This document shows positions 1 through 13,135 of a DNA stretch of 64,000 nt, one piece after another; within the stretch, counting starts at the first letter, position 1, and each line of letters starts with the position of its first letter. The position numbers and the translations under genes are program-made. Origin of the DNA: Lama glama. Lineage: Eukaryota. The DNA lies in NCBI GenBank assembly GCA_028534125.1, contig CM052816.1:17982001-18046000 (forward strand). The letters run 5' to 3'. The notes under the pieces are model-generated. The model saw only the letters and a program-made list of their open reading frames with translations, was not told the origin of the DNA and made no database searches.

Positions 1-498
1 TATATTTACAGAATAGAATACTACTCAGCAAAAAAGAAGAATAAAATAATGCCACCTATAGCAACGTGGATGGACCTAGACATTATCATTCTAAGTGAAG
101 TAAGCCAGAAAGAGAAAGAAAAATATCATATGGGATCACTCATATGTTGAATCTAAAAAAAAAGAAAAAAGAGGACACTAAAGAACTCATCTACAAAACA
201 GACACAGACTTGGAAATAGCAAACAATCTTACGGTTATCGGGGTAAATGGGGTGGGAAGGGATAAATTTTGGAGTTTGAGATTTGCAGATGTTAGCCACT
301 ATATTTAAAAATAGATTTAAAAAAAGGTTTCTTCTGTATAGCACAGGGAACTATACTTAATATCCTGTAATAACGTCAATGAAAAAGAATATGAAAGTGA
401 ATATATGTATGTATATGCATGATTGGGACTTTGTGCTGTATACCAGAAATTGACACATTGTAACTGACTATACTTCAATAAAAAAATAAATAAATAAA
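1..498 (+). mobile_element. LINE-1 3' end (ORF2 C-terminus, 3'UTR, A-rich tail); runs off the window start
   Basis: Frame 1 reads YIYRIEYYSAKKKNKIMPPIATWMDLDIIILSEVSQKEKEKYHMGSLIC*, a decayed L1 ORF2p C-terminus. A cetartiodactyl-type 3'UTR follows, ending TTCAATAAAAAAATAAATAAATAAA. Confidence 0.95.
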
Positions 499-914
499 CT
501 GTCTCTGCACAGGGCCAGAAATAGGGAATATGGGGAGCAGGGAATGAACTAAATTTTCAGAAGCAGTTTATGCATCTAAGCCCACAGATCCAAAAATGCA
601 GCTTGTAGCAGACAGTTTCAAAAATTTCCAACACAGCTTCTCCAGAGTGAAGAGCTCTCCTCTGCTTCAAAGAATCTCATCTTTCTGATTTTCCTTAGGA
701 GATGAATGTAACAAAACGAAGCCATCAGGGTGCCCACTGGGCAGGTAGACCACAGCCTAGTAATTCATTTACATAAGACCTTTGCTAAGAGACCACAAAG
801 TCCTCTTACAACTAAGGCTTTATCATAAAAATGACTACAGGTTCCCTGAAGACCAGATGAAATAAAATCCAGAAATGAAAACACACCTGCAAGAGCCCCA
901 TGTTTCCCTGTTTA

Positions 915-1050
915 TCAGGGATGTGAGGAGGAAGTGTCTGGAGAGAAGAGGGAGGGTGAGGTTTGAGAGAGGGAAGAGAGGTGGGGAGAGAGGAGGGGAG
1001 ACAGGGAGAGAGAAGTGAGGGCAGATAAAGGTAGAGTGGAAGAAAGAAGA
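915..1050. repeat. GA-rich low-complexity purine tract
   Basis: Strongly G/A-biased (gagagaagagggagggtgag...). Confidence 0.75.
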
Positions 1051-1189
1051 ACGCAGAATCTGAGACTTAATTTATGGATTCTGATTTTCCCATCCAACCT
1101 GTGATATTACAGGAGGCCCAGTTTCACGCCTATGATGGAAAAAATAAATAATGACAATATTTATGCTAGAGACACAAAACTATAAATAG

Positions 1190-1700
1190 CCTGACTCTCC
1201 ATCAATGGGACGCTGGTTGCAGCAATTATGGAAGCACATATTATGCACGGATTACATTATTAGTAGGCTGCTGGGAGTAGCATGTGGCTCTTCCAAAGAA
1301 TAAGTTTGTTTGGAATATTGAGCTAGAAAGACATTTGTTAAAGCAGAAAGAGTAAAGTTGAGGACAGTATGATCCCATTTTTGTGAACCCTCCCACCAAA
1401 AAAAAACCCCACAACAGAAACACATATACATACTTAGGGGAAAAAAATCCCTAATATTTACGAATGTGTTAGTGTGAGTAGAGAGAGAGGTGTGAGGAAT
1501 GCCCACAAAACTTAGCGATGGATACTTCTGAAAGTGTGTGTAACATGGTGGAAGCAAAGGAGGGGAGAAAAATGAGGTTTTCTTGGCACACCTCTTACTG
1601 TTTGACTTGTCACAATGAGCACACGTTACTGGAATCTGAGATGAAAAGAATAGAAAGATTTGAAATATTAACTTCCTTAGCATCTAAAATAACAACTAGT
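1190..1700 (+). mobile_element. Ancient L1M (L1ME/L1MC-like) 3' relic
   Basis: Degenerate matches to old L1 3' motifs (tccatcaatggga...aattatgg; agtatgatcccatttttgt). Confidence 0.45.
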
Positions 1701-1799
1701 ACCGAATGACAACAGTAAGCACTGCCCTGCACGCTGTCAGGCATCTTGCCCACTGTGGACTGTTTCACCAACACCTGTCTGCATCTCACAATGACCCGA

Positions 1800-1895
1800 G
1801 GCCTCCATTCTGCAGACTGAGAAATGCTTAGTAAGTGGCCTAAAACTGCACCACTGGTGAGGGACATAGAGGGCTGGACTCCAGGTCGGGCCTAC
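1800..1895 (-). mobile_element. MIR SINE fragment
   Basis: ccattctgcaga...agtaagtggcctaaaactgcaccactggtgag resembles the reverse MIR core. Confidence 0.5.
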
Positions 1896-3139
1896 TGCAG
1901 AAGCCCTGGGGAAGGTACAGCCAGAGGGCTGCCAGGTACCAAGAGCTCAGGCTGGAGGCTACTGAACAGGGTATCAGGTGATGGTGCACCATTTCCTTCC
2001 GTGCCCAGCGGCGGGGCAGGGACAGTAAAAGCTCTGAGCCGGACTCAGGCTGAGAATTGCTTCCCTCGCATATCAAACTTTAATATCTCAATTCTCATGG
2101 CTGGGCTCAGCTGAGCAAGCTGCTATTATCCATCAGCTTCTACACAGCATTTCCCAGGGAACAGGCTGTTGGGAACATTCTATATCTGGAAGCATTTTAT
2201 CATTGAAAAGCCTTAACCAAGACATAGCAAAATCGCCGAGCTCACTTTCCTATTCCCATGGGCAGGGCAATTAAGGGCACTCAGGTCCAGCTGGTGTGTG
2301 GCGTCAGGCAGTCAGGTCTTATTAATTTGGGGTTTTGTGACAAGTTCCCATAAGCCTGGCGGAAGTTTGCCTCTGCAACATCTGGAGATAAAAGGTTTAC
2401 CAGGTTTCTTGATGAATAAGGAAAACAGACAAGTGAGAATGGGAAACGTTTAACCTACTTGAGAGACTGAAGTGATTTCTTTCTGTTTTATTTGTAAAGA
2501 ACTTAAGCAAGGTGTCTTCCTGAAAATGCCAACCCATAAATAGTTGTTATTAATGACAAATGCAGATTCAGCAAGATTTCTACGTCAAAACTTTTTAGAA
2601 GTAGCCAAATAACTCTAGCTACTTTTTAAAGGAAGTCTATTTCTCCAACAAGCTTATTTTCCCAAATGACTAGACATTCTCCAATCATCAACTCTGAGAC
2701 TGAAAATTTGAACATGGTACGCATCTCCATCTTTCCTGCACTTTACTCATCTCTGTCTTCAGGTGACTATGGTTCCTGGTTTGAGTCTTGGCTTGGAAAC
2801 TTCAGATTCCTGTGTCTCTCCAGGGCTCAGCAGATGCAAGCCACACGTTGCCTCAAGGAGCAGAAACACCTTCTCTTCCCAAAGGACAAATCTGCATGTT
2901 CCTTTCCTCTTAGCCCCTCCTGGGTTTTCAGAACGACATTTTCTTTTGCCTTCCCACATTTCCTGAACTTGTCTCCTGTAACCATGGAGACAAGGAAATG
3001 GAGTCCAGGAAATGTGGGAAGGCATCTTCCATCTCACCCCCTGGAGATGTGAGCTGGGAGAAGAGCCATCCACATCTGCAGTCTCCATTTCTCAGACCTA
3101 CTCACTCCTCCTTTCTCTGTCCTCCATCCCCACAATCAC

Positions 3140-3680
3140 AGAATCCTCTCTCCCAAATGTCACCAGTGACAGCCCATCTGCAAATATGGTGACGTTTTCT
3201 CAGTCTTCGTTCTGCTTGACGTCTGAGTGTCTCACACCACAGGCCATCTCCTCTCTACCTCTTTGGAGAATGCATTTTTGCTTCCATTGTCCTGTAGTCT
3301 TTTATTATTTTCCTACTTCTGGTTGGGATCTCTGTTCTCTTTCTTGGCATCCTTCTTCTTCATCTACTCCCTTGAATGAAAAATTTTTTTCTTGAATTCT
3401 CCTTCTCCTGGGGGGTGGGGGCAGTGTGTCAAATCTCTCCCATGACTATAAGCGTGTCTTTGTGGGTGACTTCCAGATCTAGAGCTAAAATCCAGTCTTG
3501 CTCTGCTACCTAAAATCTTAGCTGGCTCTTCTTCCTAGTGGCACCACCACCTTCCTGGTCCTGAACTTGACATCTTAAGATGGTCTTTACAACTCTCCCT
3601 TTTTTCTTACCCCATCCCCCAAAAGTAAGTAATGCCCTGTTGGTTCTCATTCTGCAATGTCTATGACAGACTACCACTTG
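3140..3680 (+). mobile_element. L2 LINE ORF2 relic
   Basis: gtcaccagtgac...ttctcagtcttcgttctgcttgac and ggtgacttccagatcta resemble L2 RT-region consensus; pyrimidine-rich. Confidence 0.65.
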
Positions 3681-3855
3681 GCATTTCTTTAATAAGTGAC
3701 CTCGGTTCAACTCCACAGTTCTGAGCCTCAGTTTCCCAACCCTTGCCATGTAGATCACGGCAACCATGCTGCAGAGCTGTACGGGTTCCTAGCCCTGAAG
3801 TATAGAGGGACTGGGGCAGGGTAGACACTGCCAGGTGCTATTGCTACAGTAATTA

Positions 3856-4500
3856 CAGTTGAGTCTTGTTCTTCCTGGTAGTTATGTCCTATGAAGTCAC
3901 CAAGAACAATGAAGTGGTGAATACTGAGCCACAGCTCCTGGGGAAACACAGGGTGACCTTCCTGCCAGCCTCTGATCACAACATTGTCATCAACTGATCC
4001 ATAAATACCCTTTTTTTTAATGTTTGTTTCTATTTTAAAACACCTTATTCAATATACATTGTTGATTCTTTAATGCTGAACTCACATCCAACAGCACAAT
4101 GACTTGTACCTGAATGAGGTTTATCTGACACACTTATTTCTCCCTAAGGCACATTGAAGCCATCCTGTGCTTAGGAACACTAAACAGCACTTCAGCACTA
4201 CACTTGGTGGGTTATTTGAAACAGAGAAATCACCAACTGAAAGCACAGAAATGCAAAAACATGGCACTACTAAGTAGACCAGAAAAAGGACATGCATTTA
4301 CAGCCTGAGAGCTGAAACAACAATCACCCTACCCCACTTTAGCTGGGAATGTGCATGTTGGGCACCTCGAGTTTTTTTTGCCACTTTGTGTAAGTCTGTG
4401 ACTATCAGTGAAAGTGCCCCAAGTATTGATTTGGGGGTTACAGATACATTTCAGTGAGCAGGAGAACTGGCAAATACAGAATACGCTAATGATAAAACTG
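3856..4500 (+). mobile_element. Full-length MER82-like TcMar-Tigger DNA transposon
   Basis: Starts TA|CAGTTGAGTCTTGTTCTTCCTGGTAGTTATG and ends ...AATGATAAAACTG. It is colinear with the recalled MER82 consensus over ~645 bp. Confidence 0.85.
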
Positions 4501-4513
4501 TGCATTCTCCTTC

Positions 4514-5221
4514 TATAACTGAGCAGGACTCTATGGGGCCCTCCCGGGACACACCCCTCCCCCATATCCTCGCTGTAATTCCTCTCTGAAGTACCCAGAT
4601 ACTAGTATCCCATGAGTTTTTCAGATGCTAAAAGACAATATCAAATGGACAGATTAGATTCATAGTGGGGAATTCATGACTGCATGATACTTGTAACTGC
4701 ACAGTAGTAACCTACAGTGGCTACCCTCATGCTAACACACACACTAGCTTGATTTTATACTGCGTATATTTTCCTTTTCCTTGGAACACAAGTCCCCAGA
4801 CCCCCTCCCTGAGTACCCTTTGCTCCAGGCACAGGGATGTGAAGAGACATGGGTCGTGAACTCCCAGAACAGGGGACAACACCTGACCCCACCATGATGG
4901 AGGAGGAGGATGTGATCTGATAACCTCAGGAACAGGAGGCCTTGTCACCAGATTTCCTTGATGCCAGTGCCACTGTGCCAGGAGAAAAAGAATGCAGCCC
5001 TGTGTATACTCAGATTCTTATCAGGAGCACTGTTCCTTGGACGTTTGCTATAAAACTCCCTACCAGCCCTCCCCAAGGGGGCTCACTGTCTTGAGGCATT
5101 AACCTGCTGTGACTCTCCTTGCCTGGCAAAGAACTAAAGCTGTTCTTTACTACTTCACCCAAAAGTCTGTCTCCAGATTACAATCCGGTATTGGGGCACG
5201 GAGGCCAGAGTTTCAGCATCA
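4514..5221 (+). mobile_element. ERV1-class solo LTR
   Basis: TA(TG)...CA termini with 4-bp TSD CTTC (4510-4513 and 5222-5225). TATAAAA at 5049-5055, degenerate polyA signal ACTAAA at 5133-5138, U5 end TTTCAGCATCA. Confidence 0.85.
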
Positions 5222-5331
5222 CTTCTCGTACCCAGTACGCTTGTCCTCACTGAAGCCTTCGCTTCCACTTGCCTGGACTGACTTTCTGGACAGCTTCTGG
5301 CTGCAAAATTCTCTTCCCTCTATCTGCCTAG

Positions 5332-5400
5332 CTCGCTCACTCGCACTCTCTCTCTCTCTCGCTCTCTCTCTCTCCTTCTCTCTCTTCCCTCTATCTGTCT
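5332..5400. repeat. Imperfect (CT)n microsatellite
   Basis: ctctctctctctcgctctctctctctcc. Confidence 0.85.
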
Positions 5401-5409
5401 AGCCTACCC

Positions 5410-5760
5410 TTACCAGCTGCTGCGTTATAAATGTGTCATCTTAAACAAAACCGCTTAACCTCTCCTATATTCATTTTCCTGATTTCTAGAATGGGCTGAT
5501 AATGTTTTCCCTACCTAATTTATAGCATTTTTTGAGGATTGTGTAAGATAGCAGTTCTCAAACTTTTGTGTGCATAATAATCACCAATGAAGTGGACCAG
5601 AAAGGGAGAACTTGTTTAAAATTCAGGTTTCTGTAGCCTAAGCTCAGAGATTCTGATTTAGGAAGTTATCATTACTACTTTTAATAATCTGTTTCTTAGA
5701 TCACACCTTACGTAACACTGGTTTAAGTTAATGGAAGTGAAGGTGTTCTGTGAACTAGAA
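5410..5760 (+). mobile_element. MIR interrupted by a MER5-like hAT MITE (~5549-5720)
   Basis: MIR core (cttaacctctc...ttttcctgatttctagaatggg) broken by gcagttctcaaactt...cagagattctgatttag...aacactg. Confidence 0.6.
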
Positions 5761-6494
5761 TGTGTGCCACCTTCTTCCATCAGCAAACAGCCACTGAGCA
5801 CCTACTATGTGTTGCTCAGTGGCAAGTGAAGGGACAGAAAAATAAACTTAAGCAGGAGGGTGAGAATGAGTGGTGAGCATTGTTTCTTTTGTTTTTGGGG
5901 GCTGTTTTGGTGTTCCTTTTTCACAAGAACAATACAAAAACAAGCCAAACTTCTATAAAGAGAAAGTAGGCAAGGACAGAGATCCAGAAGTAAGTGTGCT
6001 ACCACACCACAAAATCGAGCCCAGTTGCTCCTTTCACTGTCCACCTTCTGTGAAAAGTTTGCAGGTACCTCGTTTCTCCTGTCAGATGATGCTCTCCTGG
6101 TGGACAAGGGGCCAGCAGTTTGTGCCTCCAAGGACTACACTGTGGCCCTTTGTACCCGATGTGTGCTCAGATGTTTAGATGGGTCATCTGTTTATGCATA
6201 TGTCAGTGGATAAAGCCCCGATCAATATAATTAAACAGATGGTCATTTTTAAAAAGCAGCCAATTTCTAACTTTTTATTTTTTAACTGGCTTGTAGGCAG
6301 GGATAGCTGTTGGCCAAAGAGGCAGATGGGAAACCAAAAGGGAGATAATACCCCTGTATTAAAATGCCTACTGTGTGCCAGCCACTGTGCTCACAGTTCA
6401 ACTAGAAGATTTGGGACCCATCTTTTGAGGAGGATCTTAGAAGGCCAGAGATGCCTTCTGACAGGCCAGACCTGTCTGATGCACAGATTTCATA

Positions 6495-6952
6495 TTGGAG
6501 CTCTTAAACCTATCCTGTGCCATGGACTCTATGGGCATGCCAGTGACGTCTACTGACCCCTTCTCACAGGCATCTTTTTAAACACAGAAGATTCACAGGA
6601 CCCCAAAAGGAAGCCAACAAATTGAAATATGGTTAGCAAAATATTTAAAAAACCAAATATGATATATCAGTACATATGCTTCTATAATAAGACTAAGGAG
6701 CAGATCTAATAACTACAATAATTTCAAAATAATAGTAAACATAACAACATAAGTACCTGTACTATGACATGAAAATACATGGACTTTTTACTGGTGACAA
6801 AGTCATAGGTGCTGCCCACATTTGCAATGGAAGGAAATTCGTATGTGTAGCTGGACAGTAATGAAGATGAAGATGCAGTTTCTTTCTACTCGAGTTCATG
6901 GACATCCCTGATTCTACCCAGGGACCTGTTGAGCCCTGAGTTAAGAATCTCT
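6495..6952 (+). mobile_element. MER119-like hAT-Charlie DNA transposon
   Basis: ctcttaaacc...tgtgccatggac...gaccccttctcac...aaaggaagccaa...ttgaaatatggttagcaaaatatt; ends gagttaagaatctctg (terminal inverted repeat). Confidence 0.75.
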
Positions 6953-7329
6953 GTTCTAGGTTGGAGCACTTGGGTAAATCACTGAGCACTTCAGCTTCAG
7001 AGAGCCCCCTTGCTCTTTACAAAACCATGTAGCTTTACATCTACCTCTGCTGAGTACTTCAATTTTTACTCACTACTAGTTAGGAAAATCTTTAGACAGT
7101 CCAACTGAAACCTATTTGTTTTCAGCCTGCTTTGTTTTATTGTCCAGTGAGCACATTGCCTTTGGATCTTCCATTTTCCACTTGAGATAAAAATGAACAA
7201 CTATTCGCTGACTTTGACCTGGTTTTTAAAGACTTCAGGGTGGGGAGCAACCAAATATATTAAACAAGGAAAAATGTGTTCAATGTAGGAAAAATAAGAA
7301 GCAATCAACAGAAAGAAGAAAGTAAGTGC

Positions 7330-8450
7330 CATGCAGAATTCCACCCTCCAGACACAAATTCTATTAATACTTAGATGTATATATACTTTGAGGCTTATAA
7401 AAATATCTGTATATACACAGGAAAGTATACAGATACTATTTTTTAAACAAAAATGAGATACCATATAACTCTCTCGTAACCTATTTCTCACACTTAATAC
7501 ATCATCAACATCTGGGTATGTCAAGAAATATTCTACATTATTATTATCAATGTCAAGATGGCTGAATTCCATCGAATAATTGTGACATAATTTAACAAAT
7601 CCCCATATCAGAATTTTAATCTGTTTCAGTCTTTTTTATAATTAAAACAATGCTTAACAAGAAACACGGATTTTATTTTCTAACTACCTACTAGTTGGGT
7701 GACCTTTTCTTTCCTCAGACAAAAAACAGGATATAACAGTCCCTGTCTCATAGGATTGTTGGGAAGATTAAATGGGATAAAGCAGGTAAATTGCTTGGCA
7801 GAGGGCCTTGAACACAGTAAATGTGCAGTAGGCATTAGCTATGTTTTTTTTTTAATGATTCTATAGAATAAATTCCTAAGTGTGAAATTTCTAGGTCAAA
7901 AGATAGACCCAAATTTGAAATGTGCTACCAAATGGTAACCCAGAAAAACTGTCTCCCAGCACCAGTGACTGTAAGAGTCTATTTCTCTTAGTATTGTTAT
8001 TTTTCAAATACTTTCTGTTTTGCTGTTTCTTTGACATTGTATTGCTAGGAGAATCGACTACTTTGTGTACACTTATTGGCTATTTGAACTTCTTTTAAAA
8101 ATTCTCTTCTCCCAAACTTGTTCTTTGTCACATGTTGCAAATGTTTTTTCCAGTTTTTAAATTTTTCATTTTAGTTTTATTTATAGTGTCTTTTGTATGG
8201 AGTTAACTTTAGTACTAACTTAATGCAGTCAGTTCTATCTCCTCCCTCCCTACCTCTTAGGTGGATTCATTGTTTGGAGTCACACTTGGAAAGACCAGCT
8301 CTTTCCCCAGTTTATAATATATTCATTATATTTTCTTTAAGTACTTTTAGTTCACTTGGAAATTATCTTAATGTATAATGTAAGGTAGAGAATTAGCTTA
8401 AAACATTTTCATAGTTATCCAGTTGTACCAAAGCAATTATTGAATATGTG
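7330..8450 (-). mobile_element. Ancient L1ME-like fragment with nested MIR (+, ~7675-7842)
   Basis: T-rich with antisense L1M motifs (gaataaattcctaagtgtgaaatttctaggtcaaa; catgttgcaaatgttttttcc). MIR 3' half: tcataggattgttgggaagattaaatg...acagtaaatgtgcagta. Confidence 0.65.
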
Positions 8451-10879
8451 GATTCTTTTCAACAAAGAGATGGTTCAAGAATTTGTACTAATCCTGTATA
8501 AAGTACATTTCAAAGAAATAGATTTGATTATGCTTTATTCACTTACATTTTATTTGCTTTCTTAGTTCACACTGGTAGGGAGGACTGATTATGTTAGACA
8601 GGATAACAATAATTAATCTTTCCCACACCCTACTTGATAATTTCTACCGAATCCTTAAACATATTTCATAGTTCTTTTCCCTCTCTTCTTTCCTAATCTC
8701 TTCTACATCTCCAGCTCTGTCCTAAGCCTCAGTGGATTAAGAAGACTGGAAAAGAAAAGCTTAAGAGCCAAAATAGCACAGCTTAGTTGGCCATGTTTGC
8801 TGATAGTATTTTCCTAACACATTATATATAACCCTATGTAGTCATCAAATTTGTAGAGATGACTGGCTCTTCAGGAACAGAACTGTGCCATTGACTTGTT
8901 TTTCAACATGTCTTGGGTAGAGGTAAATATTTTATAATTTTTGGATAAGGAAAGAATGTATCCACCTAAGTATTTAACATGAGAGAATTTAATCTTCATT
9001 TTTTGCCTCTGCTGCCTCAGGCAATATTCTGTTTAATTCAAACAGAAGTATTGCACACTTGCTATGTGTTGGGCACCAACTCAGCTAAGACAGTTTTTGA
9101 AGAAGATTGGCTCATATAGTAGCTCCTCTTGATACAAATGGAGTCATACTACTCTTGGGTGGGAGTGTAAAATTACCCTTGGTCAACTGAATGACAGCAA
9201 GGCTGGAGGAAAGCTGTTAGAGAGACCAAGTGTCTAAAAAAGAACTTTACTGACCAATAAAACAGCTAAGCCATCAAAAGGTAGTCATAGGAGAAAGCAT
9301 GCATTCCAACCTGCCCAAAGGAAATCCACCTGAAGCCAGTTTTGTCTCTTCACCATCCCAGAAATGAGGTAAAGGACTAAAGAAATTTCCTGCTGCCCCA
9401 AAGTCTTTTAAAAGGCACATTTGAGGCTATATGTATGATCCTGCTGAATGTATTCTATTTCTTTAAATTGTGCATCAAAGATCCTCAACTTCAGCAGTTC
9501 GTTCCACCTGTGAACTCCAGGAGTAATTCAGCAGAATTACCACTATACAGACAGAGCTGAGCTCTTTAGAATTCATTGCATCTATTGGTGACCCGCCTTT
9601 GACAACCAAGCCATGTATCACAGAGCCACATTTCAGATGAGGAGTAGAGGGCCATTTAGAAAATCCAACTCTTCTCTCTTCCTTCCAGACTATGCTTGTC
9701 TGATTTGTGTAGGACATCCTTTACAACTCTACCTCCAACCTGCTTTCTTACAAATAAGATGAAGAACAAGAGGAATTCCTTACAACCCTAGTTTTCATAA
9801 AAGAACAAAACAAAAAACTTTTTCCTGGGTCTCAGCTATGACTGATCTCAATGTCCAGACTGTACTCAAGGTCTCCAAATCCTATGTCCTACCTTCAACA
9901 ATTGGCCCTTTTTCCCACTACCCTAAAACTGGAGTATGCCGTGTCAAGACAGAAAGGAACTCTACAATACTGAATGTATTTATCGGTGTGCTCAACCAGT
10001 GAAGGGAGGAAACCTACAAACCAGGCAGGTACATCTAAAATGTAGGAAGACAATGATGCCAGAGAATCAGTGATACACTCTAACATCCCCAACCCACTTC
10101 CTCCTAATCTATCCTTCTCTGAAGTGTTGGCTCTAAGAGGGGGCATAGGAATACACTCTACGTGGAAGTCAGGTGGGGTGAGAGGGAGGTTTAAAACTGC
10201 ATTTGTCAAAACTAAGAAAATGTCCCCTGTGCACATCCAAAAATGAAGAGGGGGCAAGTGGAGACCAAGGGAACAGCTCGGTCTTTCCTTGTCTACCACC
10301 AACTGCTCCTCTGAGTCATATCTCTTCCCAGCCCCAAATGGCCAGGTCATCTCTGGTGTGCAACCTTCATAGTATTATTTCTTGGTCTGCTCATCTCAAG
10401 TCAGACACTGGTACAGAGAGGTCTTTTTTTAGTTATCTGAATCGGAATCAATGTTACCCTTCCAATGGATACAGGCCTGGCTTTACTCCCTCAGCTCTCT
10501 TCCTGTCCTAGGTGCCCCTTGCTCTCCTTTTTGTCCAGGTCCTACTTTCAAAGGTCCTACAATGCCCTCACCTCTTCTAGAAAGCCTTCCTTGGCATATT
10601 GAGGTTCTCACTATCTGAACTGCCCATCCCGGTACCACACCAGAAAAGACCCTCTAACGTATCAGCTCCATGCTTCTGGCCCTCTGTCTTACTCTCTGAA
10701 GAATACGCATGAAATTCTCATGGTTCCTTGACCTAGTAAAGCCCGAAAACCCTGAAACCAAACTCATAATCTCTTATTTCCTCTGACACCTAAACTCCAG
10801 AGTAGACGAGAAGTAAAATGATGTACCATGAAGTCCGACAAGTTACCAGGGTGATCACCAGTGCTAACAGTAGCCAAGG

Positions 10880-11092
10880 TCCTAGGGCCAGTAAACTATG
10901 GACTCTTTCCAAGTCTTAGTTCCCTCATTTTAAAGATGAGTAATTATACTCCCTACCACACGAAAGCCATTTCTAAATTAAGAAATACATATATATGTGT
11001 GTGTGTGTATATATGTATTTTATGTATATATATGTATATATATACACACACACACACTCTAAATACAATGCCTGGTTCAAGAAAATGTTAAC
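10880..11092 (+). mobile_element. MIR with an inserted (TA)/(TG)/(CA) compound microsatellite (~10986-11057)
   Basis: cttagttccctcattttaaagatgag...acaatgcctgg flank the dinucleotide tract. Confidence 0.6.
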
Positions 11093-11221
11093 TGCCGTTT
11101 TTTCTCTCTTCCTTCTACTCACTACACCCCAGGGTTTTTCTCACTCACTTTTACAGAAAGTATGGTCTCTATTGACACTTACTACTTTCTGCTTTGTTTT
11201 TGCCATTTAAGGCCATGACTT

Positions 11222-11266
11222 GTGAAACGATTATAAATCAATAAAAAAAGTTAAATAATAAAAAAA
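11222..11266 (+). mobile_element. Extremely 5'-truncated young L1 (3' tip only)
   Basis: gtgaaacgattataaatcaataaaaaaagttaaa matches the 3' tip of the copies at 58213 and 29150. Perfect 13-bp TSD AAGGCCATGACTT at 11209-11221 and 11267-11279. Confidence 0.9.
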
Positions 11267-12149
11267 AAGGCCATGACTTAATGCTTCTACTAGACTATAA
11301 CTAAGTCTATCATAGGCATGACACACAACCAGTTCTCCGGGAATCGCCCCCTCCACTGGGCCCCCTGCATGTATGCCATGGACTGGCATGAATGAATGAA
11401 TGAATGCCAATGACTTTCTTTTCAAAACTAATACCTGCTTTAATGTATGTTTGACTCAAAATTGGCCCTCGTTTTGTCTGCTTACATCAGTGGCCTGTGT
11501 GTTCTAAGGACAGGGACTGTCAGAGTAATTGGTTTTGCACCACAGAGCATGCAAAAAAAAAAAAAAGGCCTAATTGATGATGACATTTCAGTAACCAGCA
11601 ACGCTTGAAGTCAGGAAGGATTTCTTTTTTCCAGCATCATCTTTATGTTCAATGAAATGTTCAGCCCTCCTCCTTAAGAGTTTTATTTCCTAATTTCCCC
11701 AAACCACATTTCTAGTTTCTGCATGTTGCTTGTCTCATGGTGACAGTTTCAGGCATTTTCCCAAATGCTAATGATACAAAGGATGAATGATAACATGGGT
11801 AAATTGCAGCAGAGTCAAGCTTTTGAAAAGATAAAATAAAACAAGAAACGGGACTTTTCTAGCTTCTGTTCAATTTCAGTGACATATTTCTTATTAGCTG
11901 GTTTTGTTTTTACTCTGTGGGTATTTAAATTTTAGCAAATTGCGTAGTTTCTCCCAGAGAACTACCAATTGAGCATTTTTCAGCTATGGCAAATACCATT
12001 TTTCTCATAGGAAGTAGATTATAGCATTCCTCCAGTATAACTGAAAACACCATTGAATTGTTAACTTGGTTCCCAAATGGGCTTTTACTTGCAGGGAACA
12101 TGGGAAAGCAAGAGTGTTTGGAGTGGGTCATTCTTAGTCCTCGGTTATT

Positions 12150-12770
12150 TTTCCAGCATCTTTATGGGTCTCCCTGGCCCTCATTCAGTGTTACTCCACA
12201 TCACTATCCCAGTGTGCTTTCTCACATGTGCGCCTGATCACATCACTCTCCTCCCAACACTGTGATGGCTCTCCTTTATCTTCAGTGTAAAAGCCAGACT
12301 TCTCCCTCTCCAGCCTCAGCTACTATCTACACTTTCTGTTCCAGCCACACTGAACTACTTTCCATTATTGTTCTCAAAGTGTGCCATGTTCTTCCTGGCC
12401 TTCAGAACTTACATATGTGCTCCACTGTCAAGAACCCAGAACTCTATCTGTGTGCCTTCTCAGTTCTCACCCACCTCATGTCAAATTCTCTTAAAATTCT
12501 GTTCATCAGTCAGAACTTGACTTTGATGTCACTTCTACCAGGCATCTTCTGTCACCCCCTGCTAGGCTAGGTGCATTCTTCTGTGATCCTCCAGTTCCAT
12601 TGACCCCCATATTGTAATCACATCATAATGCTGTACTGTCATTACCTTTTTTCGCATTACCTATTTGATCTCCCTCAGAAGACCACTCAGGAGAAATGGA
12701 TGCCAATTTAATCACAACTGTGTTCTGCAGGCTCTAGCATAAGAATGGCTCACATATTTGTTGAACGTTG
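12150..12770 (+). mobile_element. L2 LINE 3' region
   Basis: ctgatcacatcactctcct...tccagccacactgaactact...catatttgttgaa are typical L2 3' motifs. Confidence 0.7.
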
Positions 12771-13049
12771 CTGTGCTGGTGGCATTTTAGGGATCAGAAG
12801 TAAAATGGGAGAAATATTAGGATCCCAGGATCATGTTGCTTAAAGTTGATCCAGACATTTAGCTTATACCCCCATTTGAACTTGATTACATCATGAGTTG
12901 CTCCCCCAACAAAAACTTAAGGGGCTGCATGCAGTAGGTGAATCTCACTGCTCTATAAATAGCTACTCTCTCTCTCAGTGGCCTATCAATGACTAATAGA
13001 GCTTGAGCACCTAGTTTCTAATTATTTTTGCAAGCAAGAATAAAACATC

Positions 13050-13135
13050 ATGAAAAATAAAATTTGAATTGTAAAGGAAGATCTTGTTGATTGCGAGGAC
13101 TGTGAATATTGGAAGACTTTGTATAGTGAGATGAT
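13050..13135 (+). mobile_element. Possible CR1/L3 ORF2-end relic
   Basis: Translates to KFEL*RKILLIARTVN, loosely like the CR1 RFRLxIRKNFLTVRxVxxWN motif. Confidence 0.3.
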
